From a virus, in IMG/VR virus record IMGVR_UViG_3300049027_000085, positions 6,165 through 70,164 of that record: a stretch of DNA of 64,000 nt; one strand, 5' to 3'. Positions within the stretch are counted from its first letter, which is position 1. Each line of letters begins with the position of its first letter. Positions 44,519-54,336 of this stretch are shown piece by piece. Under the pieces are notes generated by a model, which was not told where the DNA came from, ran no database searches, and saw nothing but the letters and a program-made list of their open reading frames with translations. The position numbers and the translations under genes were made by a program.

Positions 44519-46342
44519 ATGAGCGAGATAAACGTTGCTGCTGGGACCGTAGACGTTACCCTTCCAGAGGGTGATCAAGGCGATCTCGTCCTCAGGATCT
44601 ACAACAAGAAGACCTTTATATCCAGCACCGGGGAGACGGTCCTCGGCACCCCTTTTCTGGGGCCAGCTTATTACAAGGACGTGCCCTGTACCTACGTTGA
44701 CGGCGTCCTCAGCTATGAAAGTTTCACCATAGACTCCACCGAGGACGCGATCCTCGACGAGCGCGGCACCAGCTACGCCATCGCGGTCTTTAACGCCGAC
44801 ACGTACCTCTACCGCCTTTACAACCGCCTCAGGGTGCCCGACGACCCACCGGACACCACCCTTTCAGCGATCGCCGATTTCTCAAGCGACTGGGTCGCCA
44901 CACCGGGCGGCGGGCGGCTCAACGGCAACATCTATTCGACCCCGGGGACCATCGGGGAGCTTATCGAGATCCTCATAGACGGGTTCACGGAGTTGGGTGC
45001 GCAGTTCATCGACGGGGTCGCCCCGACCGTCCCGACCGGACTCGCCGCGACGGTGCTGTCCGGCACCAGCATCAAGCTGGACTGGCTCGCCTCCACGGAC
45101 GACACCGGGGTGGCCGGCTACGAGCTCTCCATCGACGGCGGGGCGGCGATCGACCTCGGGGACGTCCTGACCTCCACGCGCACCGGCCTGACCAGCGGGA
45201 CCACGTACCAGTACCGCGTGCGGGCGTACGACGCGGCGGGGAACCGCTCCGCGTACTGCACGGCGGTCCCGGCGACCACGAGCGACACGGACGCCCCGAG
45301 TGTCCCCGTGATGACGGCCCCGAGCGGCGTCGGGGAATCGCAGATCACGTTCAACTGGAACGCCTCGACGGATAACGTCGGGGTGACCGGGTACGACCTG
45401 CAGGTCGCGACGGACGCGGGGTTCACCAGCATCGTCTCGACGCACAACCTTGGGGCGGTGCTCACCTACACCAAGACGGGGCTGAACCCGTCCACCACGT
45501 ATTACGCCCGCGTGCGGGCCCACGACGCGGTGCCGAACAACTCCGCCTACTCCTCCTCGACGAACGCGACGACCACCGCGGACGCGACCGCCCCGACCGT
45601 CCCGACGATGTCTGCGGCGACCGGGATCACCGACACCGAGATCACCTGGAACTGGACCGCCGCGACCGACAACGTCGCCGTGACGGGGTACGACCTGCAG
45701 GTCGCGGAGGACGCCGGTTTCAGCGTCAACCTCTCGACGCACAACCTTGGGGCGGTGCTCACCTACACTTCCACGGGGCTCGACCCGTCGACGCAGTACT
45801 TCGCTCGGGTGCGGGCCCACGACGCGATCCCCAACAATTCCGCTTACTCCACGGAGACGGACGCCACGACCGACGCCCCGCCGGTGCCTTCATTGTGGGA
45901 AACGATCGGCGCGAACTGGACGGAAGATCCGGGCGACAAATCGATCACGGCGACGTCTTCCTCGTTCGCGGGGGTGACCCATACCGTGCTGCCGAAGTTC
46001 AACGACATCGGTGACCGCATCGATATGGAATGCCTGGCGGACGGCGGTAATGCGGGTTCGATCGGCAGCTACGTTCTGACCGATTCGCTCGCGAAGACCG
46101 CGACGCTTATCGCTACGGGCTCTATAAACTCCACGGACGAACCCGTACAGTTCCCCGCACCGTGGACCGTCGGGGACGTTGTGCGACTCGAAAAAACAGG
46201 AGCGACCCAGTTCACCCGTTACATCAACGGGGCGGACCCCGTGGTGATAACCCAAGCCCTCACGGGCGAGGTGGAACTAACGTGGCAGTCACAGACGGTC
46301 ACGGGTGCGTCGGGGGCGAATCCGGTCAGCAACATCAGCTAA
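44519..46342 (+). CDS. Virion surface/tail protein with three fibronectin type III domains
   Basis: Three APTVP...W.ASTD..GV.GY...GL...T.Y..RVRA.DA..N.S units. Units 2 and 3 are highly similar at DNA level (about 45290-45880). Confidence 0.85.
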   Translation: MSEINVAAGTVDVTLPEGDQGDLVLRIYNKKTFISSTGETVLGTPFLGPAYYKDVPCTYVDGVLSYESFTIDSTEDAILDERGTSYAIAVFNADTYLYRLYNRLRVPDDPPDTTLSAIADFSSDWVATPGGGRLNGNIYSTPGTIGELIEILIDGFTELGAQFIDGVAPTVPTGLAATVLSGTSIKLDWLASTDDTGVAGYELSIDGGAAIDLGDVLTSTRTGLTSGTTYQYRVRAYDAAGNRSAYCTAVPATTSDTDAPSVPVMTAPSGVGESQITFNWNASTDNVGVTGYDLQVATDAGFTSIVSTHNLGAVLTYTKTGLNPSTTYYARVRAHDAVPNNSAYSSSTNATTTADATAPTVPTMSAATGITDTEITWNWTAATDNVAVTGYDLQVAEDAGFSVNLSTHNLGAVLTYTSTGLDPSTQYFARVRAHDAIPNNSAYSTETDATTDAPPVPSLWETIGANWTEDPGDKSITATSSSFAGVTHTVLPKFNDIGDRIDMECLADGGNAGSIGSYVLTDSLAKTATLIATGSINSTDEPVQFPAPWTVGDVVRLEKTGATQFTRYINGADPVVITQALTGEVELTWQSQTVTGASGANPVSNIS

Positions 46343-46345
46343 TTT

Positions 46346-47959
46346 ATGGCAACTCTCAGGGAATATCTTTTGGACGACGAGATGCCCGACGGCGGGCCTG
46401 GCGGATCTGTGGATTGGGGCGACGTCGGCGGCAGCCTTCAAGACCAGGCCGACCTTGCGGCGGCGTTGGACGCCAAGCAGCCGAACCTGGTCTCCGGCAC
46501 TCACGTCAAGACCATCAACGGATCGAGCATCGTCGGGGCCGGGAACCTGACCATCGAGACGGGCGGAGCGGACGGGGTGCAGGACTACGCATTGGAGTTC
46601 GTCGCGGAGGTCGAGCGGATCCCCGGTAGTGCGAATTACAACGCCCACAACGCCTTTTTCGGTGAGTTCTTCCCGCCTTCAACGATGCTGGGCGACTGCT
46701 GGTGGGAGTTCATCTTTATGTCCGCCCCGGAGAACACGCAGGGGGTGATCTGCGACATCTCGCACGGGGGGAACCACCCGGTCCTGCTGGAATCCCTCGG
46801 GGACGAAACGGGGCAGACGCTGTACGGGAACCTGTACGACGGCACGATGCCGCTGACGGAGGCTTCCGGGAAGGACATATTCGCCCCGGACACCATCCAC
46901 CACGGCGTGTACGCGGTGTTCGGGCAATACCTTTACGTCTACCTCGACGGGGTGATGGGGGCCAAAACGCAGTTCGACGGGACGCGGCAGACCGGAATCC
47001 TCGACACGGACGGGTACCTGTACCTCGGGGCGAGCGGGGAGCACCAACAGTTCATCGGGCGGATACTTCGTGCGAGAGCGTTCGAGTCGGAGGCAAACGG
47101 CGGGTTCGGCTTGCCCTTCGCGTCGGCCCCAGGGGCCTTCGTCCCCGAGAGGGTGTTCGGGGACGTGTGGAATGAGGTAGCGTGCGTCTGGAACGTCGAT
47201 CTGACGCGTCCATCTAAGAAGATCATCGACACATCTGGCGGTATTGACGGTAAGCCTCACTCAGGATTTAGGTCACTCTCGCTAGGATCGCAAAGCTGGC
47301 CCGAAGAACACCTCCCGCAATTCGTGCCGACCCCGTTCGTGCTGCCGACGTACACGGGAACGCCCGCGGCGGTACCGGCGGGAGCGGACATCTTCGACGA
47401 TTTCTCCGACGACAACCGCACGCATTTTGCGAACTACGACGCCACGTTCACCTACTCGTACCCGTCCATCGCGCAAGGACGAACCGCACGAGTCGGAGGC
47501 ACTTGGGTTGGCGATGTGATGACGCATCCGCCTATCGGCATCCTTGAGGGCCACGCCGTGCCGCTCGGCGGGGACCCGAACGCTTACCAGATCGCACGGA
47601 TGCCGACGCCTGGTTCGGCTACCGACTACACCATCGAGGTGGACACAGGCTACCGCGGCGGGTGCGCCGTGATCGTGCGGTGGCAGGATTCCGACAACTA
47701 CCTGATGGCGTTGCTGGAGCCGACCGGCATCAGCTTCAAGGAAGTGCTCGCCGGGGTGCAGACGTTCAGCTCCACCACGGCGGTGAGCAACCCGGACTGG
47801 ACCACCGCGACGGTGGAAACGGTCGGGGACACGACGACCGTGACCATCGGGGCGAACGTCGCGACGCACACCGAGGCGGCTTTGGCCTCGGGGACAACCG
47901 TGGGGTTCGGGCTGGCCCCTCTTCAAAGATTAAAATCAATCGCGGTGTACGAACTGTAA
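46346..47959 (+). CDS. Tail fibre/receptor-binding protein with LamG/ConA-like beta-sandwich domains
   Basis: WGDVGGSLQDQADL..ALDAKQ.NLVSGT.VKTINGSSI.GAGNL fibre motif, then HHGVY..LYVYLDG...LYLG....F.GRI. Confidence 0.65.
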   Translation: MATLREYLLDDEMPDGGPGGSVDWGDVGGSLQDQADLAAALDAKQPNLVSGTHVKTINGSSIVGAGNLTIETGGADGVQDYALEFVAEVERIPGSANYNAHNAFFGEFFPPSTMLGDCWWEFIFMSAPENTQGVICDISHGGNHPVLLESLGDETGQTLYGNLYDGTMPLTEASGKDIFAPDTIHHGVYAVFGQYLYVYLDGVMGAKTQFDGTRQTGILDTDGYLYLGASGEHQQFIGRILRARAFESEANGGFGLPFASAPGAFVPERVFGDVWNEVACVWNVDLTRPSKKIIDTSGGIDGKPHSGFRSLSLGSQSWPEEHLPQFVPTPFVLPTYTGTPAAVPAGADIFDDFSDDNRTHFANYDATFTYSYPSIAQGRTARVGGTWVGDVMTHPPIGILEGHAVPLGGDPNAYQIARMPTPGSATDYTIEVDTGYRGGCAVIVRWQDSDNYLMALLEPTGISFKEVLAGVQTFSSTTAVSNPDWTTATVETVGDTTTVTIGANVATHTEAALASGTTVGFGLAPLQRLKSIAVYEL

Positions 47960-48001
47960 GGACAAGGGGGTTATGAGCATCGATGAAAAGAGGAGGTTAA
48001 C

Positions 48002-48184
48002 ATGACACTGGTACAATTCATCGTCACACTGGTCATACTCGGCATCGTCTGGTACCTCGCCCTGAGATACCTGCCGCTTCCGGACATCGTCAAAACGGTG
48101 TTGAACATAGTGGGCGTGCTCGTGGTAATATTCTTAGTGTTGGCGCTCTTCGGGGTGATGCCAATTCCGTTCGACGTTAAGTAA
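48002..48184 (+). CDS. Two-TM small membrane protein (holin candidate)
   Basis: 60 aa with two hydrophobic helices separated by YLPLP. Confidence 0.65.
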   Translation: MTLVQFIVTLVILGIVWYLALRYLPLPDIVKTVLNIVGVLVVIFLVLALFGVMPIPFDVK

Positions 48185-48197
48185 GGAGGTTAAGGTT

Positions 48198-48512
48198 ATG
48201 GCTTCAGCTGTATTCCCTGACAGAGTTCAGGAATCTAAAAGGTGGGGCGGTTGGCTCAACTGGGCTAAACGCGCAGGTGTGATCACGGATGCCCTGGTGG
48301 CGGCCAATGCGACGGTCACGGGTCTTAAAACGGCGGTGGACGCGCAGAGCGTGCCCGCTGAGCAGCGCCCGATGCTCACCTATGTCAAGCTAGCGCTCAG
48401 CCGTGCGCTGAGCATGGGTCAGATCAGTGAGACCCACGGCCAGACGACCGTGGCGGGCCTCGTGGCCCAGGGGGACGCCTCGACGACCCACATGCAGGGC
48501 TATTACGGTTAA
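48198..48512 (+). CDS. Hypothetical protein
   Basis: TAAGGAGG RBS. Confidence 0.6.
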   Translation: MASAVFPDRVQESKRWGGWLNWAKRAGVITDALVAANATVTGLKTAVDAQSVPAEQRPMLTYVKLALSRALSMGQISETHGQTTVAGLVAQGDASTTHMQGYYG

Positions 48513-48577
48513 CCGGTGAAAATGGGGATTGCCGCCGGTTAAGAGGGTCCGTGTTGAATCGAGGGACGCACGGGCCC
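48509..48577 (+). other. Two tandem intergenic hairpins
   Basis: TTAACCGG/CCGGTTAA and GGGTCCGTG/CACGGGCCC. Confidence 0.4.
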
Positions 48578-48602
48578 GCTAATCAATTCAAAGGAGACAG
48601 TT

Positions 48603-49238
48603 ATGACGTTCGTAAGATCAACAGGGGCCATGCTCCTTCTCATTCTGATGACCTGTGGCGTGTTTTCTCAGACAGCGGACAGCCCACGTCATGTCGTGGC
48701 CGTAACGGCGACCTACACGCGCGCAGACTTCAACATCAAGAACTTCCAGGGCGAGTTCACCTCGGTCGACGCCGAACGGGACTCCCCGGGGTTCGACGTC
48801 AGCTACACCCACTTTCCGACCAGCTCCCCGCTCACCGTCGGTATGGCCACGGGCGCTAGTTTCGAGAACAGAGAGATCGACGAGGTGTACTCGTGCGGGT
48901 CGGGATGCGTCGCCACCAACGGCGGGACGTCCAAGGTCGCGAAGGCGTACTTCCAATATGAAATGGGGCTCGCTAAACGCACCGGGGCGGTGCAGCCCGC
49001 TGTCGTCGGGGTGATCGGCGTGGACCGCTCGAACTTCGGCGGCGTGTCGTTCGTGAACAACAACCTCGTCCAGGTCGGCAGCGGGTCACGGTTCTACTAC
49101 GGGGCCAAGGGGCTGGTCGACTTCCGGCTAGGCAAGAAGGTCTACCTGCGGACCGGGCTGCAGGTCACGAACGCGTTCAACTCAGATGTGAGGCAGCTCG
49201 ACGTGCAGGGTCAGGCAGGCCTGGCCTTCAAGTGGTGA
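48603..49238 (+). CDS. Outer-membrane beta-barrel protein (OmpA/Ail-Lom-like)
   Basis: Signal peptide, alternating amphipathic strands and a C-terminal beta-signal AGLAFKW. Confidence 0.75.
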   Translation: MTFVRSTGAMLLLILMTCGVFSQTADSPRHVVAVTATYTRADFNIKNFQGEFTSVDAERDSPGFDVSYTHFPTSSPLTVGMATGASFENREIDEVYSCGSGCVATNGGTSKVAKAYFQYEMGLAKRTGAVQPAVVGVIGVDRSNFGGVSFVNNNLVQVGSGSRFYYGAKGLVDFRLGKKVYLRTGLQVTNAFNSDVRQLDVQGQAGLAFKW

Positions 49239-49243
49239 CCGTT

Positions 49244-49795
49244 ATGAGGGAAACGAAACTCACGTTCGCGGTGATCTCGTTCGCCGTAGCTGTTCTGGTC
49301 GTGTTGATCGGGTTCGGCTGCGGCGACACCGACGTCCCGACAGGCGGCAGGACCCTCACCACGCCGGCCGGCGCGAGGGTCGTCCGGTTGAGCGGGCCTG
49401 AGCTCGACATGGAGACGGCGAACAACATAGACGCTCAGATCAGCCGCCTCAACACGGTCGCCAAGCAGGTGGGCCTTGAGAAAGACCCGCCGAAGAACTA
49501 CGTGTTCCCCCAGCACAGCGACTACGTGATCGAGCTCGTCGAAGCTAAGGGCTGCGAGGCGCCCTACGGCTTCGTCACCGAGGGTCCAGGCTACGGAACG
49601 CCCACCATCTGCGTGGCCGGAAGGTACTACCCTGAGACGAACCGGATCCGGACCACGGTTGCGGCGATCAACCAGACGCGTGCGCTCCAGTATGAGGGCG
49701 AGCACTTCGGCCTGAGGCTGAACGACCGTGAGGAGTACCTGCGCACGCTGAACCACCTGACCGGGCCGCCGCACCCGGTCCTGGGGAGGGAGTGA
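49244..49795 (+). CDS. Probable lipoprotein/exported protein with degenerate zincin motif
   Basis: Hydrophobic leader ending FGCG. LQYEGEH resembles HExxH. Confidence 0.55.
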   Translation: MRETKLTFAVISFAVAVLVVLIGFGCGDTDVPTGGRTLTTPAGARVVRLSGPELDMETANNIDAQISRLNTVAKQVGLEKDPPKNYVFPQHSDYVIELVEAKGCEAPYGFVTEGPGYGTPTICVAGRYYPETNRIRTTVAAINQTRALQYEGEHFGLRLNDREEYLRTLNHLTGPPHPVLGRE

Positions 49796-50631
49796 CCATG
49801 AACATCACAGAGAACAACGAGGCCACACTGGACATCGGGAGGCTGGGGAAGCTGCCCGCCAGGTCCAGCCAGAAGGCCCTGCTCTTCGACGACTTCCTCA
49901 AGCCGCGTGCGGAGGTGAAGGTGCCGGAGAGCTTCGACTTTTGGGGGAGGCGCAAGCCGTTCCCCTTGCGCAGCTTCGGCAACCGGGAGCACGGGTGCTG
50001 CACCGTCGCGAGCCAGGCATTGGCCGCCATGCGGTCCGAACGCCTCGAGCAGCGCAGGACCATCGAGATACCCACAGAGAGCGTTCTCAAAGCTTACTAC
50101 GACATGACGGCCCGCCTCTACGGCGGGGGCGACACCGGGGCGTACGAGACCGACGCGCTCAGCCAGTGGCGGAACCCTGACCTCACGTTCCGCGACGGCA
50201 AGGGCCGCCCGGTCACGATCGACGCGTTCACGAGGATCAACCACTTCGACCATGAGGCCGTCCGCAGGGCCTTCTTCATAACGGCGGGCAAGGGCATCAA
50301 GGTGTGCTTCAACCTCCCGGTTGCGTGGTCGTACAAAGCGTGGGACCTGCCGGAGGGACAGTCGATGACCGGCGAGTGGATGCCGGGGAGCTGGGGCGGG
50401 CACTCGATGTTCGCGGTGTCTAAGTACAACAAGAACGGGTTCTGGGTGGTCCACTCGTGGGACATCCCCGACCAGTTCGTCACGTGGCGCGGCGCTGCGG
50501 CCTACATGGACGAGGCGCACTGGTACATCGACAGCATCAACAGCTGGAAGAAGACCAAGGCCTCTTCGAGCGTCAATTTCAGCAAGCTCGTCTCTGCTGT
50601 GAACGAGGTCAGCTCGATCAAGATCAAATGA
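49792..50631 (+). CDS. Papain-like cysteine peptidase (endolysin or maturation enzyme candidate)
   Basis: GNREHGCCTVA (catalytic Cys), GGHSM (His), VHSW. Confidence 0.7.
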   Translation: MTMNITENNEATLDIGRLGKLPARSSQKALLFDDFLKPRAEVKVPESFDFWGRRKPFPLRSFGNREHGCCTVASQALAAMRSERLEQRRTIEIPTESVLKAYYDMTARLYGGGDTGAYETDALSQWRNPDLTFRDGKGRPVTIDAFTRINHFDHEAVRRAFFITAGKGIKVCFNLPVAWSYKAWDLPEGQSMTGEWMPGSWGGHSMFAVSKYNKNGFWVVHSWDIPDQFVTWRGAAAYMDEAHWYIDSINSWKKTKASSSVNFSKLVSAVNEVSSIKIK

Positions 50632-51068
50632 GAAAACGCATCTGGCCGCACAAGCTGTGGATAAGGCTCTTTCAAGCTCGTCGGCTGGCGCGGCGGCTTC
50701 AGCGCAAACTCGACGTGATCCAAACACGACACGCCGATGAGGTCGCCGCAATCAAGGATCATTACGAGGAGCACATCGCCATCGAGAGGGCGCGCGGCGA
50801 CCGGATCCAGACGGAGATGACGAGCCGCCTGCTTCAGGCGATGCGGCTCCAACCGATGCTGGTGACCGACCTGGACGAGGACATCACGAACCCCAAGTTC
50901 AGGTACCAGCCCAAGCCTGAGGACGTTATGAGCGCCGACGCGGCGGAGAGGTACGCGGAAGAGAAAGAACGGTTCTTCGAGGAGGGCGTCCAGAACGGAC
51001 TGAGCCTGGCAGCGATCATGGAGCGGTGGAAGGAAGTGGAGCCGCAGGTCATTGAGGAAATAGGCTGA
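50628..51068 (+). CDS. Hypothetical coiled-coil protein preceding the portal
   Basis: ATGA and TGATG coupling on both sides. Confidence 0.6.
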   Translation: MRKRIWPHKLWIRLFQARRLARRLQRKLDVIQTRHADEVAAIKDHYEEHIAIERARGDRIQTEMTSRLLQAMRLQPMLVTDLDEDITNPKFRYQPKPEDVMSADAAERYAEEKERFFEEGVQNGLSLAAIMERWKEVEPQVIEEIG

Positions 51069-53635
51069 TGGACGGAGCACAGAAAAATTTAGCGCCAGTC
51101 AGGCCGCTGCTGCAGATAGGCACGCAGAACCTCAGCGGCCAGTACCTCGCCGACGCCCTCAAGGAGCTGGTCAACGACATGTTGGGCCGGCACAAGGAGC
51201 TGTTCGACGAGGTAGCCCGCACCACCGAGGTCACGAGCAACTTCATCCAGGGCAAGCAAACGTGGGTGAAGAGCTACTGGAACAACCAGTGGAGGATCGC
51301 CCCGGTCGAACGTGCCGACCCGAACCGCGTGACGGCGATCAACATCATGCAGTTCTACTGCACCACACAGGTGAAGATGTTCACCGCCTCCAACCCTGAC
51401 GTCGAACCCACGGACGAGTACAAACAACGCGAGTACCGAGACAAGGTGAAGGTCGCCAAGGCCGTCTGGAACCACTACGAGTCGAAGTTCTACACGCCGC
51501 GCTTCAACCAGATGGAGGCGCTCCACGCGATCGTCAGCGGCAACTACATAGAGTCGGTACGTTATGACCACCTCAAGAAAGGGTCCAAGGTCTTCCGTGA
51601 GCTCTTCGAGAACAAGAGGGTGCGGATCAGCGACGGGCATTCCCGTTGCTTCAGCTGCGGCACGACCGGCGGCTGGGACGACTTCGTCGAACCCGGTGCC
51701 CCGGCACGGTGTCCGAACTGCGGCAGCATGGAGGTCACCCCGCCAGAAGAACCGGTAGAGCAAGAGTACCGGTCGGTGGTCGGGATGGAGCCGGTCCAGA
51801 TCGGCGACCTCGACATCCGGCTGGTCCCGATCCAAACGGTCAGGTTCGACGTGCGAGGGCCCATCGAGGAGTCCAGCTGGTCGATCGAACGGATCGAGAT
51901 CGAGGAGGAGAAGCTAAGGTACTACCTGGGGGACCTCGACATCGGGCTGGCTGACAACACCACCGACGAGGGCCTCCAGTCGGTGAGGGCGATCAGGGAG
52001 GCAGGCAACACGCTGTCCGGCCTGGCGAGCGACTACCTGCCCAGCACGCTCAGCCGCATGGCGATCGTTGACCGCATCTGCATCAAGCCGGAGGACGTGT
52101 GCCACATCAAGCTGGGCCAGGACACCGAAACGCTGTCGGGCGACGTCCTCCCCAAGGACGCCCGGCTCAGCGACTTCATCCCGCCCGAGGGGGCGACCAT
52201 ACTGGCTGTCAACGACGGCGGCCTGATCATCGGCCTCTACACCGGCACGCACCACAGCATTGAGATGAGCTCCGGGGTGTACCACATGCGGTTCGAGAGC
52301 GGCATCGGGCGGGGGTCTGAGGACACCGTGGAGGTCCAGAAGCGCTTCAACCGTAACGACGCACAGATCACCCGCTACGGCGAGTCCACGGCCACCCCGG
52401 CGAGGATGTACGTGGCCGGCGCCGTCAAGCGCGCGCACGTCAAGAAGATCGGCCACCCGATGGCCGCGATACCGGTCAACCGCCAGATCGCCGAGGCGAT
52501 GGGCACGACCGAGCTGATCAAGACGCTCCAACCCGGGCAGATCGGCCCGCAGTTCTTCCAGTACACGTATGACATCCTCAACCAGTACCGCCAGCTCACG
52601 AGCCACTCGACCGACTTCACCAATGCATTCCCTGGTGTGGACAACGCGACAGCTACCGGAGCGCGTCTGGCGAAAAGTAACGCTGAGTCCGTGTTCAGCC
52701 CCGCGTTACAGCTCAAGGGAATGGTCCGGATCCGTACTGCAGCCAACACACTGAAGCTGAGGTCAGGGCAACAGTTCGAAGGGCTCAAGCAGTACTTCAG
52801 CTTCGGCCAGACGGAGAACAAGCGTCAGGTGGGGCGCCACGTGTCGACCGAGGAGATCGACCCCAACGTGTCGTTCACGGTGGTGAGGGACTCGGAGCAG
52901 CCCAAGACGATGTACGACCGCCAGATCGACTTCGTCAACATGATGAACGTCGCCGGGACGGCCGGCGGGTACCAGGTGCTGAAGCAGACCGACCCGAAGA
53001 TGGCCGAGGCGCTCCTCAAGGCGTTCGACATCGACCTGGACGACCAGTCGTACACCACGATGGTGGACATCTGCGAGACGCGTCTGGATCAAGCGCTAGA
53101 GCTACAAGAGAGGTTTCAATTCTTCCAGCAAGTTAGTATGATGCAGGGTATGCCCCTCCCCGAGGTACCTCCGGAGAGCGTACTCGTAGGGCTTGAACCC
53201 TCCATAGCGACAGAGGAGCCGAACCACATGATGAAGGCCAAGTGGTTCATGGACTACCTGGACAGCCCCGACGGCCAGGCGATGAAGAACGAGCAGCGTG
53301 AGATCGTGAAGATGTTCGTCCGCCACCACGCTGAACAGGAAGCGATGCAGCAGGCGCTGATGATGCAGCTAGCGAGCGCGGCCCAGGTGATGGGCACGCA
53401 GCCTGAACGCGAGGCGGCCGCGGCGGAACAACAGGCCGCCGCCGATCAGGAGGCCCAGGCTGACCTCGAGAGGTCGCAACGCGACGAACAGGCAGCGCGC
53501 GACTCGAAGGCGATCGAACGTGAGGACCGCATGGCGGAGGCGCAGGCGAACGCCCAGTCAGACGCGGCACAAAGCATACTTGAAAGTGGTCTTCGGCTTT
53601 TTGAAGCCGAAAACTCGCCGTCACCAACGGCGTAA
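51068..53635 (+). CDS. Portal protein with zinc-ribbon insertion
   Basis: Size, position before scaffold and capsid, Q/A/E-rich C-terminal barrel, CFSC...CPNC insert. Confidence 0.75.
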   Translation: MDGAQKNLAPVRPLLQIGTQNLSGQYLADALKELVNDMLGRHKELFDEVARTTEVTSNFIQGKQTWVKSYWNNQWRIAPVERADPNRVTAINIMQFYCTTQVKMFTASNPDVEPTDEYKQREYRDKVKVAKAVWNHYESKFYTPRFNQMEALHAIVSGNYIESVRYDHLKKGSKVFRELFENKRVRISDGHSRCFSCGTTGGWDDFVEPGAPARCPNCGSMEVTPPEEPVEQEYRSVVGMEPVQIGDLDIRLVPIQTVRFDVRGPIEESSWSIERIEIEEEKLRYYLGDLDIGLADNTTDEGLQSVRAIREAGNTLSGLASDYLPSTLSRMAIVDRICIKPEDVCHIKLGQDTETLSGDVLPKDARLSDFIPPEGATILAVNDGGLIIGLYTGTHHSIEMSSGVYHMRFESGIGRGSEDTVEVQKRFNRNDAQITRYGESTATPARMYVAGAVKRAHVKKIGHPMAAIPVNRQIAEAMGTTELIKTLQPGQIGPQFFQYTYDILNQYRQLTSHSTDFTNAFPGVDNATATGARLAKSNAESVFSPALQLKGMVRIRTAANTLKLRSGQQFEGLKQYFSFGQTENKRQVGRHVSTEEIDPNVSFTVVRDSEQPKTMYDRQIDFVNMMNVAGTAGGYQVLKQTDPKMAEALLKAFDIDLDDQSYTTMVDICETRLDQALELQERFQFFQQVSMMQGMPLPEVPPESVLVGLEPSIATEEPNHMMKAKWFMDYLDSPDGQAMKNEQREIVKMFVRHHAEQEAMQQALMMQLASAAQVMGTQPEREAAAAEQQAAADQEAQADLERSQRDEQAARDSKAIEREDRMAEAQANAQSDAAQSILESGLRLFEAENSPSPTA

Positions 53636-53655
53636 TTTGCAGTAAGGAGATAGCT

Positions 53656-54267
53656 ATGAGCAAGAAGGCAGAAGAGACGAAAGCTGCGAACAAGCCAGCC
53701 GACAGGTCGGTCACGGCCGGGGCAGCGTTGAGCGCAGGTGCCGCTTCCGGCCCTCCGTCCGTTGAGCCGCTCAAGTCCGACCCGAAAGCACCGTCCATTG
53801 AGGAAGGGGCTCCGATCGGACAGAAGGTGGCAGACGGCGGCGGGGCACCCGTGTTCGCCAACCATCAGCTCGTCAAGGGCATACCTGTGGTCATTCCGGT
53901 GACCCCTGGCCTGCACCCTGACACCGAGCTGGTCGAAGGCTTGGCGGTCGCCGCAGCGGTGGTCCCGGGGGCTCCCGAGATGATCGCCAACGCGCAGGCG
54001 GAGTTCGCTGTTGAGAACCAGACCTGGAAGGCTGGGGAGATCAAGAGCGTCCACTACAACCAGGGTGAGGTGCAGATCGACACCGTCGGAAAGGACGGTC
54101 AGGTCGAGACGCAGCGTCACCGTGCGGACGAACGTACCTACAAGGCGTTCGAGAAGTCGTTCGAGGGCGGCGACAAGGCCAAGCCGAAGGCGTTCGCCAA
54201 GAAGCACTTCACGAAGGAGACCGCGATCCCGGATCCGAACGCTCCTTTCGAAGACGACGAGGACTAG
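53656..54267 (+). CDS. Hypothetical protein with weakly KTSC-like C-terminus
   Basis: TAAGGAG RBS. Low-complexity N-half, then IKSVHY..TYKAF. Confidence 0.5.
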   Translation: MSKKAEETKAANKPADRSVTAGAALSAGAASGPPSVEPLKSDPKAPSIEEGAPIGQKVADGGGAPVFANHQLVKGIPVVIPVTPGLHPDTELVEGLAVAAAVVPGAPEMIANAQAEFAVENQTWKAGEIKSVHYNQGEVQIDTVGKDGQVETQRHRADERTYKAFEKSFEGGDKAKPKAFAKKHFTKETAIPDPNAPFEDDED

Positions 54268-54336
54268 TTTCAGACGGCCCGGCGCGAGACCCTCAAGATC
54301 CGCGTCGGTGAGCGACAAGAGGGAAGTTAAACGATC

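Noticed and set aside
45290-45880. Diversity-generating retroelement TR/VR pair
   Set aside because: Tandem in-frame FN3 duplication whose differences are not adenine-specific, and no reverse transcriptase in the window.
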